Below, in pieces: positions 33,086 to 39,736 of a stretch of 39,736 nt of DNA (position 1 is its first letter; every line of letters starts with the position of its first letter). Origin of the DNA: Spirogloea muscicola (taxonomy: Eukaryota); NCBI GenBank assembly GCA_009602725.1, contig WELB01000005.1:395033-434768 (forward strand), in the 5' to 3' direction. Made by a program: the position numbers and the translations under genes. The notes under the pieces are model-generated. The model was given only the letters and a program-made list of their open reading frames with translations, was not told the origin of the DNA and did not search any database.

Positions 33086-33359
33086 CGACCAGATGGAGCC
33101 CGACGAAGAGGGCGCTGGCGGGGGAGCCCACGCAAGGGGGCGCTCGCAGCTGGCGCCCGCCGAACCCTGACGGCGACGCGGCGGAGGCAAAGGCCCTTAA
33201 GGCTTGCGGTTTGCAATCTCGAGACACGAGGCTCGAGCCGCCGCGAGGCGCTTTCTCGCGCGGCGTCCTGAGAGCCTGCAGTGCCCCCGCCGGCAAGAGC
33301 AGCTGCTGCCGCCATAGCAACGGCCGGCGGGAGGCGAGCGCGGCTGCCGCTACGAGGAC

Positions 33360-36226
<2,867 letters not shown>

Positions 36227-36544
36227 CGTGAAGAGCCCTTGACCACTCACTCATCCCTTCGACCCTCTAAGAGCATTTCATATCAGAAAGTTTAAGCGCC
36301 GAAGATTGGTGCAGGCAGGCAGTTATTTGAAGGTCTAGATCCTGTTAGTAGTTAGACGTTGGCAAACAAACTGCTCACCGAGTCCAGGTCTTGAGCTTAA
36401 TTTTGCAGGTGGATTCTTTCCATACTGAGGGAGTTGGGCATCTAAAATTCGTGAGGCAGTTCTATATAGCATCTGTGTACTTTGTACCCACGAAGGATTC
36501 CCTTAGTAACCCCTACTTACCACCGCAAAGCAGATACACTAGCA

Positions 36545-38335
36545 GCCGGAAAGCAGATAAATAGCTCTCCAACGCAAGGCGATGGCTGTAAGATGCCAGC
36601 CCAAAGAAATGAAGAAGGTCTGAAAGGTACGAAAGATGCCAAAATTCAAACTAACTTTCGTGGATTCTGCAAGTGGACGCGCAACAGCCTCGTCAGCAAT
36701 TGCAGATCGGATCAACCAGAGGCAGTGGTATAGTGGTGCCAGAAGCGAGGTCAAGACTGGTTGCAATGGTCGCTCAAATACGCAAGATAGGAATGTAAGA
36801 CGGCAGCCGGAGACTGGATAGACCATTGCATTGAGCGAATGTAACAGCCAGCACCGAAGGTCTGGTGCAGCACTGACACGCGCAGCCTGCCAGTGCAAAG
36901 CGCCGCCACAACACAACAAACGCTCATGATGCGCGAGTTGCTGAAAATGTGTCAAACTTAGCACTGGAAATTAGCAGAAGCTTCTGACTAGCATTGCGCT
37001 ACACCGCAGTCACTTATCAGCCGCACAACCAGTGACGCAGGTTTGCCAAGGAGGACAAGCAGGGTGTCCTGGCCCAGATACTGTGTCCCTGCTTCTGGCA
37101 CTCTGTCAGCGGGTAGTTTGTGTGGCGGTAGTCTCTTGACACCAGGTGCTGGGATGGCGGGGAGCAATAAGCAGCTTGCTGCTCATTGCTCTGACACACA
37201 CGATGGAGCACGCAGGAAGCTTGGGAAAAACAAGAACCAACGAATTGCAGCATAACACATGAACAACAGGAGGTTGCTGTGGCAGGTGACCTATGAAAAG
37301 CTGGGTTGTGTGTGGTAGGCCAAAACTTTAGTCCAGAGTAGTGTGACTGGTATATAACTTCCTGCTATGATAGACTTCATATGACTTATTGCTGACACGG
37401 GTTTACTTTGATTGAGCTCGGAGCCGCCCATCGGGCTGTGAGTAACTTCCACAGCCGCCCTTGACATCAGTAGCCACGCCACATTGATCTGACCTCCCTC
37501 TGAGAGGCCGTCAAGCTTTCGTGCAGTCGCTCGCTGCTGCTTGCTCTGCTCTCGTGCACTAGGGAACAGCCGGCATGCTCGACGCGTTTGACATTCACTC
37601 TCGGCCTGGCCGTTTAGAGTGGAAAACTCTCCCAGAAGAGGGCGATGGCTGTGATGGCCAGCCCAGAAACAGAGCACTTCCAATAGATAGACTCGTCCAG
37701 TAGAGGGCGATGGCTGTGATCGGCCAGCCCAGGAAAATAACGAACAAAGTGCGAAGGGGCCATTTAAAGCGTTGAAGCACACCACGACCTAAGTTTTATT
37801 TTTATCTTAACAAGCAAGGCTATTACTCACTGGATGCTCAGTATCCCCTCTTGAGCAGCCGCAGGTCGGAGAAACTAGTCTCCGGGTAGGGAGTACTTGG
37901 CCCTCCACCCCTCCTTGACCTGAGTCTCTCACCTCTTAGATCTTCCTCCTGTGCTGGCTAAGTTGAACCACCGTGCCTCCGTTTCTGCAATTGCAGACCC
38001 TGCTCCTGTCCCGTGAAGGCCCATAAGCAGCACGGCATTAACAATAGCGCAAGCCCACTGGCCTGGCTGCTCCTGACAAGCAATCAGGAGAAGCAATTGT
38101 TCGTTGCGAGAAAAGTGCCACAGGCCAGCCCAAGAGGGACTAGCTTCGGGTGACCTCAGCATGCTCCGAGCCATTGACCAGAAAAAGAGAAAGCGGCTGC
38201 TGATGTGGAAAAAATCGGCTGTAAAACGCCAGCCAGATGCATAAAACGAAAAGAGGAAAAGTGTTTTCGAGTAAGTTGATGACTGTGAGAGGCCAGCCCA
38301 AAAAGGAATAGACAAGGTCGAAAAGGGCCAGCGCA
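36545..38335 (-). mobile_element. Cluster 3: scattered, older CRE-like 3' ends
   Basis: Terminal hairpin motif at ~36560-36625, ~37625-37665, ~37690-37760 and ~38280-38325. ETSFSDLRLLKRGY* at ~37838-37885 resembles SFSDLRLLNRGY* at ~1553-1594. A DLQLLTR remnant lies at ~36688-36710. Confidence 0.7.
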
Positions 38336-39105
38336 AACTACGAACTTACTCCCCATGACTTCTGCAAATGGTCCAAGGTCCTCGGAAGCTTAGAAGCAGA
38401 CTCGTCGGCACCCTTTATGCGGCCAAAAATGCTTCAGCTTTTCATCTACTTGTAACCAGACTGACCAGCTTCGGGTGGACAGAGTTATAGATGTGTAGCA
38501 GCCAATTGCCATGGGCATCATGGTAGTCTCAAATGCTACCAATAAACAAAATCAGCTGAAATCATGTCAGCTTAGAGTTATGTAGCATCCGAATTGCACT
38601 AGAGCTATGTTGTGCCTACAACACACGCTGAGAGATGTTGGATGCAGCTGCAAAGCTGCAGTAGAGGCCGGTAGCTCGCTTGCATATGCATATCAAAACG
38701 TTAAACCTATCACTAAATTTACATAAGCTGGAAAAGTACAAATAATGCTTGCAGGAAGCCATACTGGAGCGTTTGGCAACTAGCTAATTTCTTGGATGAC
38801 ACATCAATAATCTGTATTTGAGGTCTCATCAGACCTATGAAGCGCGCGGCTGAAGAAATAAGAAGGGTTATGGAAAAGGGGAACACAGATTAAGCATGAC
38901 CTGGTTACACGACGACCTTGCAGCTGACTGGGTGGAAAGGACGATGGTAGATGTCCGGTCAATAGTTTCCCACCCCTTGTAAATCCTGATACTTTTTTGG
39001 CAATGTCGTCAGCACTACTGTCTTGGCACTTGACCTGGGCGTCAGTTGTGGCACGCAACCCTGACCTCGCTCTGATCACCGTGACCTTGACCATCTTGAT
39101 GGCAA

Positions 39106-39736
39106 TCAAGGGTAGGATGGCGGTGAGGATGAGCACGCGGGATAGTATTGGCAGCCAGTATCGCAGCACACGGCATACTGACAGCCCCACGAAGATGAGC
39201 ACTCCCACTTGCCTCCATCGTGGTAATCACAGTCACAGTTGCCACAGTCCTTTACCCTGCATGGGAGGGGAGGTGGAGGGGAAGGAGGGGGTGGCGCCGG
39301 ACACTCAGGAAGTTGGCAAGTGTTTGTGACATAGTACCAGCATGAACCAGATTGCTCCCAATGGCCTCCATCGTTGTAGTAACAGTCATGGTCGCCACAG
39401 TCCTTCACTCTGCAATTAACTGGTGGTGGCGGCGGCGGCGAGGCCTTGGGCGTGGGCGGCGGCGGAGAGGCCACGGGCGTGGGCGACGGCGGCGGCGGCG
39501 AAGCCACGGGCGTGGGCGACGGCGGCGGCGAGATTTTGGGCGTGGGAGGTGGCGGTGAGGCCTTGGGCGTGGGAGGCGGCGGCTAGGCCACTGGCTTGGG
39601 CGGTGGCGGCGAGGCCACGGGCGTGGGCGACGGGGGGGGTGGCGAGGCCTTGGGCGTGGGCGGTGGCGACGAGGCCTTGGGCGTCGGCGGCGGCTGCGAG
39701 GCCACGGGCGTGGGCGTCGGCGGCGGTGGCGAGGCC
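39106..39736 (-). CDS. 3' part of an extensin-like (Ser-Pro3-5) cell-wall protein with two C-terminal Cys-rich repeats; in-frame TAG at 39585-39583
   Basis: ASPPPPTPTPVASQPPPTPKASSPPPTPKASPPPPSPTPVASPPPPKPVA*PPPPTPK...PVNCRVKDCGDHDCYYNDGGHW...PLPCRVKDCGNCDCDYHDGGKW...SYP*. Continues beyond the window. Confidence 0.8.

Overview
Eukaryotic, GC-rich, intron-dense DNA of green-plant type. The genes resemble land-plant orthologues and degenerate TTTAGGG tracts are present, so a streptophyte alga is my inference. Read by manual splicing, the window holds: the 5' end of a type II membrane protein gene (minus, runs off the left edge); a TITAN9/Csm1-like kinetochore gene (5879-7891, minus); a complete ~28-exon CAND1 (13639-22807); an unknown coiled-coil protein with an acidic tail (minus, start in a gap); PRMT4/CARM1 (start in a gap, to 31030); a PsbP-domain protein most like PPD7 (33360-36226, broken by a gap and a spurious poly-A); and the 3' part of an extensin-like gene with Cys-rich repeats and an in-frame TAG. 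The most striking feature is intergenic. Two dense clusters (~1.0-5.1 kb, ~8.35-13.1 kb) and a sparser one (~36.5-38.3 kb) are largely built of short 5'-truncated 3' ends of a diverse family of CRE-clade-like non-LTR retrotransposons (Zn-knuckle plus restriction-like endonuclease C-terminus ending ...SDLxLLTRGY*). The subfamilies share a ~70-nt structured 3'-terminal motif ending in CAC(TTC)n, and copies are nested into each other's pyrimidine-rich 3' ends. No reverse transcriptase is visible in the window. All family assignments are from recalled sequence motifs, not database searches.
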